Source: Callorhinchus milii
Lineage: Eukaryota
DNA length: 64,000 bases
NCBI RefSeq assembly: GCF_018977255.1
Contig: NW_024704742.1
Location: forward strand, 134,418,001-134,482,000
Direction: 5' to 3'
Part shown: one piece after another, positions 23,985 through 37,220 of the stretch
How positions within the stretch are numbered: position 1 is the stretch's first letter
Layout of the letters: each line of letters opens with the position of its first letter
Notes under the pieces: generated by a model
Database searches by the model: none
Told to the model about the DNA's origin: nothing
The model's input: the letters and a program-made list of their open reading frames with translations, nothing else
Made by a program: the position numbers and the translations under genes

Positions 23985-24672
23985 TCACAATAAAATTACA
24001 TTTCTACAGCGCCTTTCACGTCGGGAGGACGTCCCAAGGTGCTGGACAGACAAGAGTTTCAGACCTGAGCTTGGGGGCGTGGGATTGGGGAGAGTGGAGG
24101 GCGCAGGGAAAGCAGGGAGATCGAAAGCACGGTCGAAGAGGAGGATCTTGAGATGGGTCTTGAGAGCGGCAAGGGAGGGGGCGAGGCAGAGGGACTGCGG
24201 GAGAAGTTACAGAGGGTGGGGGCAGAGTGACAGAAGGCCCGCCCTCCAATAGTGGAGCGATCGAGGTGGGGGACGTGAAGCAGGCTGGAGCCCGCTGAGT
24301 GGAGGGAGCAAGCAGGATGGTAGGGGCTTAGGAGGTGACAGAGGTAGGAGGGAGAAAGACCATGCTTTGATGGTGAGGACTAGGATCTTGAACTGTATCC
24401 TCTGTGTGAGAAGCCAGTGGAGTCAGGCGAGGATGGAGAGGATAGGGTCATGAAGCATGGTGCAGACAAGGGCTGCAGAGTTCTGGATGAGCTGCAGTCT
24501 GTGGAGGGAGGAATTTGGGAGGCCGACAAGCAAGAAGTTTGCATAGTCAAACCTCGATGTAATGAAAGCGTGTATGAGGGTTTCGGCGACATGTAGAGTG
24601 AAACAGTGGCAGAGACGGGCGATGTTGCGGAGGTGGGGGAAAGCAGAGCGGGTCATGGCACAGATATGGGGT
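23985..24672 (-). mobile_element. L2 LINE 3' fragment
   Basis: HLRNIARL, ETLIHAFITSRFDYAN.LL.GLP and LQLIQNSAA peptides. Confidence 0.9.
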
Positions 24673-24689
24673 AGAAAGGATAGTTGAGG

Positions 24690-24952
24690 GAATAAAGTGA
24701 ATTGACTGTATATTTGGTGGCAAAGCTAACTGCGCATAGCAGTGTCCCACAGACAATCGTGGATTGAGTGACCAAATTATTATTTCTTTTTGAAGGAATT
24801 ATTACCCCCGGAAAAGCGATCCGCCAATCGACTAACAACCAGGTTCCTACTTGCTGCTAGGTAAACAGAGGTGGAGTAAGAAAACCTACCCAACATTTCG
24901 CTCTGCCGGGAATCGAACCCACGGGTCTTTCGCTTGCGAGGTGAGTGCTCTA
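24690..24952 (-). mobile_element. SINE (long subfamily)
   Basis: Reverse complement of the 6875-7205 type. Confidence 0.85.
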
Positions 24953-25597
24953 CTGCAAAGTGTAGTGACTCAAGCTGGCAATCTGCGCGCAGCAGTGTTT
25001 CTAGGTTTAACATCTCAGCCAAAAGACGGCACCTCCAACAATGCAACACTCCCCCAGCACCGCACTGCAGCGTCAGCCCTGAGACTATAAGCTGAACCCT
25101 CAACCTTCTAACTCGGGGGAAGTGTGTGCTACCACCTGAGGCAAGCTAACTGATTAAAAAAATTATTGGGTATAATGCTTACTTTATACAAATGATATTT
25201 AAGTAGCCATTTATACATACTGGGGTTCAACAATCCCTCTGATAAAAATCATCATTCATTCATGGCTGTTTGTGGGAAATTTCTGTGCACATATTGGCTG
25301 CTGCATTCACCACAGTCACTACACTTTACAGAAACGCACTACGAGACATCCTCCTGATGTTTTGTTAAACGCAAGGGTTGTTCACATAATAATAATTGAT
25401 ATAGTGGCTTATCACGTAATTGAGACAGCTCAAAGTGCTTCACAGAATAGATTGTTTAGTGAATTGAATGTGTGACTTATAAATAGCCATTTACACACAA
25501 CGGGGGACTAACAAGCCTCCTGATAAAATAATATAGTCATATTATCATAACATTATAATAATTACCATCAAAATAAAATAATTAAGAAACACTATTC

Positions 25598-25748
25598 TTC
25601 ATCATTCAGCTGGAGTATTGCGTCCAATTCTGGGCACCACACTTTAGGAAAGATATCAATGCCTTGGAGAGGGTTCAGAGGAGATTTACCAGAATGGTAC
25701 CAGGGATGAGGGACTTTAGTTATGCGGAGAGACAAGAGAAGCTGAGAT
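25598..25748 (+). mobile_element. CR1 ORF2 fragment
   Basis: cagctggagtattgcgtccaattctgggcaccacac = QLEYCVQFWAPH; LERVQRRFTRMVPGM. Confidence 0.85.
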
Positions 25749-27349
25749 ACGCCTAATAATAATTCCTCAAAAAAAACAATAAATTGGTCACTTCAATCCA
25801 CGACTGTTGGTGGACACTGCTGTGCGCAATTGTGCCGTGTTTTGCCCATTAATATACAGACAATTTACTTTACAGTACATTCTGTGAAGCGTTTTGAGAC
25901 ATCGAGAAGACGTGAAAAGCGTGATATCAAATGCAAGGATTGTTATTATTATGGCTAATGGAAAAATAGTTTCTGAAACCTTCCATAAATGACTACTGTG
26001 AGATTCCAGTCATCCGAACAATCAGTGCATGAGCAGATTGAACCAAATACAAGTTCCAACATACACTGACTGACTCACTGACTCAGTTCCAAGGGAGCAC
26101 ACAGCTATATAAAAAAAACAGCCCCCAGACTTGCCAGTAATTACTGAGGCCTGAGACAATGCAACTTTAAGGATGTTAGAGAACAGCAGGTTTCGTTCAA
26201 TCCAGGTCACAACAATCATCACTCACTGTACTTAACCAATACGTGGGAGCAGAGGGACAGGAACAACCAACAACACAACAAGCAACACCAAGAACCACCA
26301 CAACAACCCCAGGCAATTATATAGTGCGCTTCATGCAGGATAGCATCCCCGAGTGCTGAAATAATCGCATTAGGGAAATAATTCTCAGCAACAATAAACA
26401 ATAACGCTAGGTTTATGCAGTCAGTGCCTTTCATGCCTCATCCTTGTCTGACTTTACCAGCTCCTCATCTCGCAGAGGAGCGAATTCAAGATTTTCGTCC
26501 TCACTTTCAAAGCCCTCCACGGTCTTGCTCATCCCTACCCCTGCAACCGGCTAAAATATTACCAACCTGCCCGCTCCCTCTGCTCAACAGGCACTGACTG
26601 GTCTGCTCCATGTCCCCTGCCCTGCCCGCCCCACCACTGATGGTCCATCGCAGAGCTCAATTGCCTCCTTCAAGGCCTATCTCAAGACCTTTCTTTCTCT
26701 GTGAATGTAGAATATACAGAATTTACAGAATATACTATAATAATGATAATATTATTATTAATATATTATTCACTATAAAGTGAATTGACTAACACGACGG
26801 CCAATTGCACGCAGCAGTTGGTGAAACAGTTCGGAGATGCTTAAGCACGGTCATTATTTTCCCATGGGGCAGACACCGGGCTGACCAAGACCAATACGGG
26901 ATAACAATAAGCGTGGGGGGATATCACAAGAGCTCTCCATTGCCTAAACTAAGGAATTGGAGACGTTCACCCGAAGTGAAAGGCGGCGATCACATTGCAA
27001 AGTAAATGGAGAGCATCTGATCAGTCAGCCAATGAGCATGAAATATCTACAGATCACGATCCCTGCAGGTCTTTCACCCACGTGTAAAGACAAGTGCAAG
27101 TCATTTGGTCACTCAATCCACAACTGTTTGTAGGACACTGCTGTGCGCAATTGGCTACCATGTTTCACACACAAAAAACAATCAATCCACTTTACCGTAT
27201 ATACTGCGAAGTGCTTCGAGATGTCTCAACGACGTGATAAAGCGCTATATCAAATGCAAGGATTATTATTATTTATCTCGTTCCCTTTTAAAAGCCTATA
27301 GAGACATACAAATTCAAACACAGAAGAAGGCCTTTGCATTCGGCCCATA

Positions 27350-27608
27350 TATTGTAAAGGGCATTGACTGTGTATTTTGTGGGCGAAACTTGGCAGCCAA
27401 TTGCTTAGCAGTGTCCAGATTGATTGACCAAATTATTACTATTTTTTTGGTGGGGGAAGAGATTATTACCCCCAGATAGCGATCTGCCAATCGACTGGCA
27501 ACCAGGTTCCTACATAGGTAAACTTGCCTAAGGTTTCACCCTGCCCAGGAATAGAACCCGCGTCCGCTCGCTTACGAGGTAAGTGCTCTAACCACTACGC
27601 TACAGGAC
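27350..27608 (-). mobile_element. SINE (long subfamily), inverted relative to SINE body 27103-27272(+)
   Basis: Head accactacgctacaggact and shared body. Confidence 0.8.
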
Positions 27609-29394
27609 TTCATATTAACCACGAGCCACGTAAAGCCATTCTTCGTGTCCCACGGCAGCTCAGCTCTCTATTTTCCTTGGTTTTCCAGAGTGAGTGCCGA
27701 CAGTCTTGGTAGCCGGAAAGGTCATTCTGTTGACGCCTGGCAGACGTCGGCACACCGGAGTTAAGTTACGGTTGAAGTAATCCCCTACAATGTCACGAAC
27801 GGTAACGAGCAACTGTGTGAATGGCTAATCACCTTGCAAATGACAGCCTTAAAGGTCTCCTTCAAGAGCCAAAGCAACTCTCGCTCTTCAGAGTGAAGGA
27901 AAACCTTCTCCAGGTGTAACCGTGCTGTGATTGGGAACATACACGGCCTTCAACAAGGATGACTTGCGTTGTAGACCATCAACTGGCCCCAACCAAAGAA
28001 CGACAACTTGCATTTACACAGCTCCCTTCATGCAGGATAGCGTCGAAGGTTGAACGGCGAGCAAGAAAGAAGGGGTAGGTGACCGTAGGCGCAGGTAAAG
28101 ATGTACGTGGGATTTAAAGATATAAAATAAGGTGTCAAGGCACAGGGAACGCAGAATAATAGGAATAGGAAAACATTCAGCACATCGAACCTGTTCCACC
28201 AATTTCTCAGATCCTGACAGATCTTTTATTCTCCTTTATGCGTCTGCCACCAAGGTACAGTACCTGTCTATTTCTCTGAGCCTGACTGAGTTGGTAGCAG
28301 AAATGTGTGTTCAAGACCCATGTTGAAACTTTGAATATTATATAAATTAAAATTAAACTATGAATATAATTCCATTGGAATATTGTATGGGAGGGAGGGA
28401 TGTGCTACATTGTAAGAGATGCTATACTTCAGATGACATGTTTGACCAAGGGTTGCCAGTAGATGTTAAAGATCCTTTGGTTCTATTTGAGAAGTTTCTC
28501 CCGTGCCCTAACCAACAAGCCCCCAGATACGACTTGTTATTTTCTCCAAGCCCTTTTGCCTGACCTTGCTGTGAGCAAATTCTTAAATTGTTTTTCTCTT
28601 AGGTTTTTTCTCTTTGGTTCTTACAAGAACTACAGTAAAAACAGCTTTAAAATTAAGACTGTTAGTTTGAAGAATGACAAAAAACACATCCAGGCTTCAT
28701 TCTCCCGAGTTTGTCACTTCTGTACCCTGATGGAAAAGTTTGCCCAGGTGTAAAATCAGGTGCTGAAAGCATTGTCCGTGGCTGTGATAACTTCTAACTT
28801 CTTTCTATAGTTGAATAGATGTCAGTCTGTAGCACTCTTCCCTTGGGAATTAGGGCTTGAAATTCTAAGTCGGGAGACTCTAAACCCACTGTCCAATCTG
28901 ACACTCCAATACAGCGCTGGGTGGGACAAATGATGCATCGTTGGAGGTGCTGTCCTTTGCATAAGATATTAAAGCGAGCGCCCACCTGTTCTGTTGGATG
29001 TTAAAAGATCCCATGGTTCAGTTCAAAAAGAGTAGCAGGTTTCTCCCAGTGTCCTTGCCAATAATCACTTATTATTTGGCTTGGTCGGTTGTGACATCGC
29101 CCTGTGCCCTGGGAACTTGATGTCCACCTGAAGAGGCACAAGGGACAGCAGATGGGGAGAATTTTTTCTGGAAATGTTTCTTAATAGAAACAATCCTTAC
29201 CTTTGACGTAGCGCCTTTCAGGTTGGGAGGACATCTCAAAAAGCTTTGTGGGATTCACTGTATTGTGTAGTGACTGATAATTTGTAAGCAACTTGATGGA
29301 CCTCTGGGCCTTTTTACAATACAATAGTTTACACTTACATGGTACCTTTCACATCAGGAGAACGCTTCAAAGCACTTGACAGAAATCATTTAAA

Positions 29395-29708
29395 AAATCC
29401 TTGCATTTGATAACAGTACCTCATCACATCGTTGAGACACCTCAAGTATAATATAAAGTGGATTGACTGTGTACTTTGTGAGCGAAACACAGGAGTCAAT
29501 GGCAGACAACAGTGTCCCACAACCACTGTGGATTGAATGATTATTACCGATTAGCCATCCGACAATCAACTAACAACCGGGTTCTAATATACTGATAGGT
29601 AAACAGAGGCTTGTGGAGTACGGAAACTTGCCTAAGGTTTCGCCTGGCCTGGGAATCGAACCCGGGTCCTCTCACTTGTGAGGCGAGTGCTCTAACCACT
29701 GAGCTACA
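29395..29708 (-). mobile_element. SINE (long subfamily)
   Basis: Complete head with A and B boxes. Confidence 0.85.
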
Positions 29709-30385
29709 GCACAATGCCAGCCGCATATCCATGTTGGGGATGGGAGCCAAGAGGGAAGGAGATGAGGAGAGGCGATTTGAACCCTTCTCTTTTCGCTTTC
29801 CATTTATCCCCAAGGGAGCTTCGATCTGTGGCCAAATTCGATTGAGTTAGTAGGTCAGCAGAGTTTGGTCAGGCACAAAGAACTACAGCCGAAGGAATTA
29901 AAAACATTCCCTCCGCAAAACTGAAATCAGATAACTCTGGTCAGAGAGCTGAGGGTGTGCTGAACAATGTCCTTTTGTGATGCACAATCCACTGTGCGTT
30001 ACTGAGAACAAATTGTTTTTCCTTAGCAATTGAAGCTTAACTTGACACAACAGACAAACTGATCATGCTCCTTCCTGCAGATAGGGTGTCAGCTGGAAGA
30101 CGCTGACTTTTGGAAACAGCGAGAGTCTGAGTGTGATTGTGCTATAGACTGGGTCACTTTACACTGGGGCCCATGAGCAGCGAGTGAACATCAAGGGCAC
30201 GTACAACGAGGAATCACATAAGATGGGAAAAACAGGTTACGGTAGGAAATTGTTTCCATGATTCAACAAGAAAAGTAGCCTATTCTCTTAACCTCCTCTA
30301 TTCTGAGTGATCCACCCTTCCTCCCTCCCAGATCGAACCTTCAACAACTAGAGTCACAGCACTCTGTCTGGTACTATACCTTAAC

Positions 30386-30770
30386 AGCAACAACAAATTT
30401 GTAGAGCGCCTTTCGTGTCGGGAGGATGTCACAAGGTGTTGGACAGTCAAGGATTTGCACCCAGGCTGGGGGTTGGGATCAGGTGGGGTAGGGGAGGGTG
30501 GAGGGCAGGTAGGGTAGGGGTAGGAGGGTGACCTAAGATGCGTCGAAGAGGAAGGCCTTGAGATGGGTCTTGAAGAAGGCAGAGGAGGGGGGGGGAGGCA
30601 ACCGGACTGTGGGATGGAGTTTCAAAGGGTGGGGGCAGAGAGGCTGAAGGCCTGACCGCTGATAGTGGGGTGGGAAGGGCGGTGACATGGAGCAAGCCAA
30701 AGCCTGCTGAGCTTAGGGAGCGGAAAAACCTCCAGTGTATGGAGGGATGGGGGTGATTTGGGTGGTAGAT
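30386..30770 (-). mobile_element. L2 3' end fragment
   Basis: Same 3' UTR and tail as 9550-9900. Confidence 0.75.
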
Positions 30771-32269
30771 GGGACTGAAAGGATTGCTCTTTAAGCTGGA
30801 GCCAGTGCAGACACAATAGGACGAATGGCGTTTCTTCTGTGCTGTGAATTTCTATAGTTTGAAACCCTTACAAACTCCTCCCTGCTCTCACCTTAAAACC
30901 TACCTCTTCAACCACCAAGCAAGAAGTACAATCAAAGCGAACTTCACCGGTTGTGTCACAGCACTTGGCCTAAGTTTGTCTGATCAGTGAACCTTCCTCA
31001 TGAGGTGCTTGAATACAAAATCAACAACAACTTGCATTTATACAGCAGCCTTCGCCTGGGATAATGTCTTGGGAGTGCCTCCCAGTAGCCAAGTTGGACA
31101 CTGAACTCAAGAGGGTTGGGGAGGAAAGGGGTGGATAACCAAAGGCGCAGTTGAAGGTAGCCCATAAAATACAGTCACTCGACTTTACAATATATTCTGT
31201 GACGCGCTTTGAGGTGTCTCAAAATTATTATAGATAGTGAGGGCAGCACAAGGCAGAGATTGAGGCAGAGAATGTTCCCTGCATCTCCTCCCGCACAATC
31301 TAAAAGCATAAAGCTGATTAACCATGTTCTGTGTTACTCTCTTCAGTTGGTCTGGCCATGGCTCCTCACACAGGTCTCGATAAGATGCAATAATTTATAA
31401 AATGCACTGTTTATCATCGCAATGGATAAAAGGACTCAAACTCGAGATTCACAGTGAGCTTAAAATATGCAGCATGTGCAATGTCAACACAATATGATAC
31501 AAATTTACTTTTTACAGCGTCTGCTATGTCAGCCGGGTGTTTAATAAACCTGGCACCTGAGCTGGGAGTGGGAAAGATAACCAAAATTGTGGTCAAAGAG
31601 CTGAGACGGACCTTTAACAAGGTGAGGGAGCGAGTTGGAGGGACTTGGGATGGAGTTCCTGAGAATGGGTGCACATAAGGCTGAAAAGCCGGACAGTCGA
31701 TGGAGGGAGCAGGCAGGGTAGGGGGATACAATGCAGCCCAGTGCCCGCTGAGCGATCGCAAGCAGCTGGTCAGTAAGATCAGCCAAACTATACAGGGGCG
31801 ACAATCACTTGAGAGACTGCTTGAGTGTAAATGACAGCTAGTAATCGTATGCGTTCTGGGGAAAGGGAGTATTTCAGCTTTAAGAAATCTTACCAAGCTT
31901 AGGCACTCCCTCACATGTGGTAATGAGCCCTGCTGACGCTTTGAGACGTCTCAACAACAACACAATTACATTTGTATATCGGCTTTCACTTCGGGAGGAC
32001 GTCCCAAGGCGCTGGACGATCTGACATGGCGATTTATCAATGCAAGGTTTATTATTATCATTACCACTTGTACCTTTGAGTTGGAGGGTTGTTGAGTTCA
32101 AGCTCCACATTGGAACTTGAAACCCACAAACCTGGCTTACACTCCAATACAGTGCTCAGGGGAACAGAGCTATCCTTTGGATAAGATGCTAAAGTGAGGT
32201 GAACGTTAAAGATCCCATTGCACTATTCGAAAAGTCAGCAATCATCTCTGTAAAATTAGTCGCTAACTG

Positions 32270-32595
32270 ATAATAATCCTTGTATTTTTAATATCGCTCT
32301 TTATTGAACCATTGAAACATCTCAAAACGCTTTATAGTATACTGTAGTGAATTGATTATATTTTGTGGGCGAAATGCGCCAGCCAATGCGTCCAGCAGTG
32401 TCCCACAAACAGCTATGGATTGAGTGATAATAATCCACATTTTTATTGGATTATTACTCCCTGGAAGTGATAAGCCAATCGACTCACAACCTCTAGGTAA
32501 ACAGAGGAGTAAGGAAACTTGCCTAAGGTTTCACCCTGACCGGGAATCAAACCCAGGGTCCTCTCGCTTGCGGGGCGAGTGCGTTAACCATTGCG
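32270..32595 (-). mobile_element. SINE (long subfamily), head-to-head with the young SINE at 32754
   Basis: Shared body and tail. Confidence 0.82.
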
Positions 32596-32753
32596 CCATT
32601 AACATGGAGGTTGTGGGACATTACCGTGTACAAAATTGGCTGCCACATTTGCCTGCAAAATTAATGGGTTTATGTCCAGTGCTTTGGGATGTCCTATATA
32701 AATGCAATTTGTTGTTGTCGAAACAGAGGAGGGTCCTTCAAACTAACTACAGA

Positions 32754-33077
32754 AGTCCTGTAGCTCAATGGTTAGAGCACTCGCTTTGCAAGTGAGAGAC
32801 CTGAGTTCAATTCCAGGCAGAGGGCGAAACCTTGGGCAAGTTTCCTTACTCCACACAGAGCCTAATAATAATCCCTCCAAAACCAAAAACAATAATAAAT
32901 TGGTCATTTTCAATCTACGACTGTTTGTGGGACATTGCTGTGCGCAATTGGCTGCCGCGTTCGCCCACAAATATACAGTCAATTCACTTTACAGTATGTT
33001 CTGTGAAGCGCTTTGGGACGTCCTCCCGACGTGAAAAGTGCTATATCAAATGCAAGGATTATTATTATTATTATTAT
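32754..33077 (+). mobile_element. Full-length young SINE (short subfamily)
   Basis: Nearly identical to 12581-12903; TAACTA on both flanks (32744-32749, 33077-33082). Confidence 0.92.
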
Positions 33078-33124
33078 AACTAGATTAACTGGTCCTTCAA
33101 ACCGAGGCAGCTTTAATCATCAAC

Positions 33125-33512
33125 TACATAACATAAGAATTTGCTAGGTGAAAGAAGACCAATCTAGTTCGCCTTCCACCATCCTGGCAGTCGCTTGCGA
33201 TGTCGTCTCCCAAACTATATACTGTATCCTGAGAAACAACTTGGATTTATATAGCGCCCTCCATGCTGGGCGGTGAGGTTCTCTAGCAGACATCTAATTA
33301 ATTTGTTCTTGGAATAAACAACACTTTCTGCTTCCATCGTCTCCCTAGGGAGCCTGTTCCATAAGTTTACTACTCGGTCTCTGTAGTGTCTCCTCAGATT
33401 TGTTCTGAATTTATCCCTCTTCAATCGCAGTCCATGTCCTCTGGTTCTACTGTTCAGTACAAGATAAAACAGCTTATCGCAGTCTACATGATCTAGTCCT
33501 TCAGAATCTTAA
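33125..33512 (-). mobile_element. CR1-clade 3' fragment
   Basis: RVVNLWNRLP peptide; (TTATG)-type tail. Confidence 0.7.
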
Positions 33513-33632
33513 AAGACGTAGTCATATTGACTCGGATAAGAAAAGTAACAGTGCTCGAGTGATGGAATCAGGTCACCTACAACCTTATAGCTGTGGCGTT
33601 CATCAGGGTCTGCATCATATTGCAAAGAGTTC

Positions 33633-34150
33633 ACAAGATCACAAGATGATGTGATGAAGGCCCTTCAAAGAAAGACCTTCAGCTCATTTGTTATCATCCT
33701 TCCAGAACTCCCACACTACCGCACCCCCCCCCCACCACCACCGTTCCCCAACACGCAGCAATCAGGCTTCGTTCTAAATGAGTTCCAATGTCCTAGCCCC
33801 TACCACACATCCTGGCAACCTGTTCCAGTCGTTGTTTACCTTAATAATAATAATCCTTGCATTTGATATAGCGCTTTTCACGTCGGGAGGACGTCCCAAA
33901 GCGCTTCACAGAACACACTGTAAAGTGAATTGACTGTATATTTGTGGGCGAACGCGGCAGCCAATTGCGCACAGCAATGTCCCACAAACAGGCGTAGATT
34001 GAAAATGACCAATTTATTATTGTTTTATTCTGAGTTAAAAAATTACTTCTCGGTATCTGTCTTGAATTACGCTTTACAACTCTAAACCCGCGTCCTTTGT
34101 TCTACTGTCTTGGTGAATCCTAAAGCATTGATCTGGGTTTACTTTTACAA
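33633..34150 (-). mobile_element. CR1-clade 3' fragment split by a SINE (33843-34025)
   Basis: CTTGTGAT tail and WNRLP-coding sequence. Related pieces at 1-175(+), 14380-14600(+) and 14655-14810(-). Confidence 0.65.
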
Positions 34151-35026
34151 TCGAGTACAGGTAATCCACGTCATTGTTTTGGGGATAGCATTGCACAGCA
34201 GAAGGCCTGAATGAGGAACATCAAATTACGGTAAAGATTACAAGCTCCTTCAAAACTCACAACAAACCTTTTGCCTCTGGGCACTTGGCTCAGATTTCAG
34301 CCTTCACCTTGCAAAGGTGAAGCTTTGTGATGTGTAATCAGTTTGGACTTAAACCAACCGAAGCCATACGTAAAGTATTTGTGAAAAGGACAGCCAAAAG
34401 GTATTTATAGGAATAAAAGACCAAACCCGCTGGAACAATCCCAGAGACTTGATGATGCGTGAGGCTGTGCGCCAGCGATGGCGTTACCCCTCGGGATTTC
34501 AGGATCAAAGCCGCAAGTTTAGTCAAACATTAAAAATAAAGTTACTACCAAACTTTAAATTAATAATATGGTCTCAATTCAACCCCATTTGTTCCACCTG
34601 CAATTAAGAGCCACGGACCACACAGAATAATTCAGCACTGCCTCTGCTGTTTGCTCAAGTTTTAGAAACTACAACAATAACAACTTGTATTTAAATAGCG
34701 CCCCTCACGTAGGGTATAGTCCCAGAGCACTTGACAGTGGTGGAGCACGATGCTGAGACAAGAGGAGGGGGAGGTGATTGTAAACATGGTCGAAGAGGGA
34801 AGGAGGTGGCAAGGGATTGAGGGAGAGTGTTCCAGATTCGGGGCGTGCTGACTGAAAACACAGCCACCGATGGCGGAACAGAGGGCACAGGGATAAGCAA
34901 GATTATAGAGGATATAATGAGTGAAATATTTACGAAACCAATAAAAAAAAATATTTTCCTCTTATGGCTTCTTCTTTAATACCTACTCCAACCCAACACA
35001 GGATAAATGTTCTATCACCCAAATTA

Positions 35027-35471
35027 CGGGTTTCTAACATACGCAAAAACCCATCATCAAATGTAATAGTATCCAATACGAATTGAGTCCTGTGCATCCC
35101 AATTACACATGGAAATTCCTGAGACATTTAATGGAATGCACACTCTCTGCCCTAGAGGAACAGTTCCTGCTTCCTAACACCAGAGTATCAAGTGTAGGTC
35201 AGCAAGAGTCAAGGCTTGGGACCTCAGAGTGTGCGTTGGGGCATTGCTGGTGCCTAACCAGCTAAAACTGCATAGCGTGCCATTGGAAGTACTGCCTGGC
35301 AAGCTTATCTGCTGCTTGTCCAGTTAGGACTACCCTGCCAGTTAGGACTTTGACTTGCAGGGTTAACAGGAAGGGTCCATGCCCCCAATAATTGGTCTGC
35401 CCTTTCTAAGACCTGCCAATGATACCAGCTGTTGGACTGTCATCAGCAATGCTCTGGAGTACTGCAGATCC
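35027..35471 (-). mobile_element. Unclassified dispersed repeat (longest contiguous copy)
   Basis: Homologous segments at 5425-5660(+), 17515-17612(+), 20337-20478(+), 36590-36958(+), 41705-41816/42622-42645(-), 58741-58773(+) and 59915-60020(+). Confidence 0.75.
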
Positions 35472-35479
35472 AACTGGCT

Positions 35480-35710
35480 CAGGGTAAATGAGATAACAAC
35501 CCAACCCAATGGATGGTAAATGGGAAAACACACCAATTCAACATGGGGTATATAAGATAACACTACAACCCAACACAGGGTAAGTGGAATAAAACCCCAA
35601 CCTAATGCAGAATAAATGGGGTAAGAACTCAACCCAACACAAGACAAATGTGGTAACACCTGAACCCGACAGGCTAAATGGAGTTACACCCCAACCCAAC
35701 ACACAGTGAA
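35480..35710. repeat. Degenerate minisatellite, ~31-bp unit, ~7 copies
   Basis: Recurring ggtaaatgg..taacac.ccaacccaacaca. Confidence 0.75.
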
Positions 35711-36486
35711 TGTGCTAACACAGAATCTATATCATTTTTCTAAGTGTGACAAGATAAATACAACAACAACAAAATTGCATTTGTATAGCGCCTTTCACAT
35801 CAGGAGGACGTCCCAAATACCTAAAAAAAAACAGGTAAACCTCAGGGATGTGGGGAAAGGGAATGTAAATAAGACCAAAATAATTGCTTTTAAGAGAGCC
35901 AGCATGCACTCGATGGGCCAAATGGCTTTCTTCTGTGCTGTAAATTTCTATCGTTCTAAATTGGAGCAAATAATGTAATAGAGAATTTACATTTCCTGCA
36001 CAAAAATTGCACCCTCTTACATACATCACAATTTCACAATGAGATTTCAAAATTAGTTAAGTGTTTCCGAGCTGCAAGTTCATTGCATGACCATGGAAAA
36101 TGCTAGACAAAAAAAGACTAAGGTTCATCCAATTCACCTTCCACCGTCCTGGCAGTCATACACATAAACTGCTACTATAATGTATCCCCAAATATTATTT
36201 CCTAAAAGAAATCAATTTAAATTGCATTTCAAAGAATTGACACTTCTGCTTCCACTGACTCCCAAGGGAGCCCGTTCCATGGATTTACCATATAAATCCT
36301 TGGCTATAGATTGCATACTCCTTCTACTTCATTTCAGAGTAATATTTACTCTTCAACAGCTACCTTGCATTCATGAAAAGTCTATTAATTTATGTAAAGG
36401 CACGCCTGATAAGGCTTGCTGATTGATCCAACCCTCTTTTCCCACTGCTGATCGATATGACTCTACTTGCACCATCGCAATATTTA

Positions 36487-37220
36487 GCTGTCACCCTGAC
36501 TCAATTGGTGACACTCTCGCCTCAGAAAGCTGAGGGTTCCAGCCCTGTGTTAGGAGTTTGAACACACAATCTACCAGATAAGTGGGGTATCCTTGGAGCT
36601 GGACTGGCTCCAAGATTACTTGACTGGCAATGGAATGTCGGAATCAAGCCAACCCTCTGTGGTGGTCTCGGTTGTCCGGTTTCTGAGCCAGGCGGGTCCA
36701 CAGTTTTCCAGGGCACTGTTGATGACAGCACAGCCAGCCTGGCTCATTGGCAGGACTTAGAAAGACTGATCAGTCACTGGGGGCAGTCAATCATCCCACC
36801 CTGCTCCTGTTAACCCTGCAAGCCAAAACTCTAATGGGTAAGATGGTCCTGGTTGGATTAACAACTGGAAACCTTGGCAGACACCAATGTCAATGGCAAG
36901 CTATCCGATTTCAGCTGGTTAGACACTAGCAGTACCCCAACGCACACTCTGGGACCCCAAAAAAAACATTCAGGGGGATGATAAAGATCCCACGGCATTA
37001 TTCAAAAACAGACAGCAGTTTCTCCCTGTGTCCTGGCCAACAAACCTCCTCAGCGAGAAAGAAAATGCAGCTTCACAGTTGTGCACAAATTGGCTGCCAC
37101 ATTTGCTGACGAATACAAACACTTGAACTCCCAATGCTCTGACTCACAGTCACTGAAACCTTTTGAAGCACGTCGAGCCACTTCAACATGATAAGGCGCT
37201 AGATCAAAAGCAAGGATTGT
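36487..37220 (+). mobile_element. Older DeuSINE interrupted by an unclassified repeat (~36590-36958)
   Basis: Head at 36487-36578; Deu core resumes at ~36975 (gataaagatcccacggca). Confidence 0.65.
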
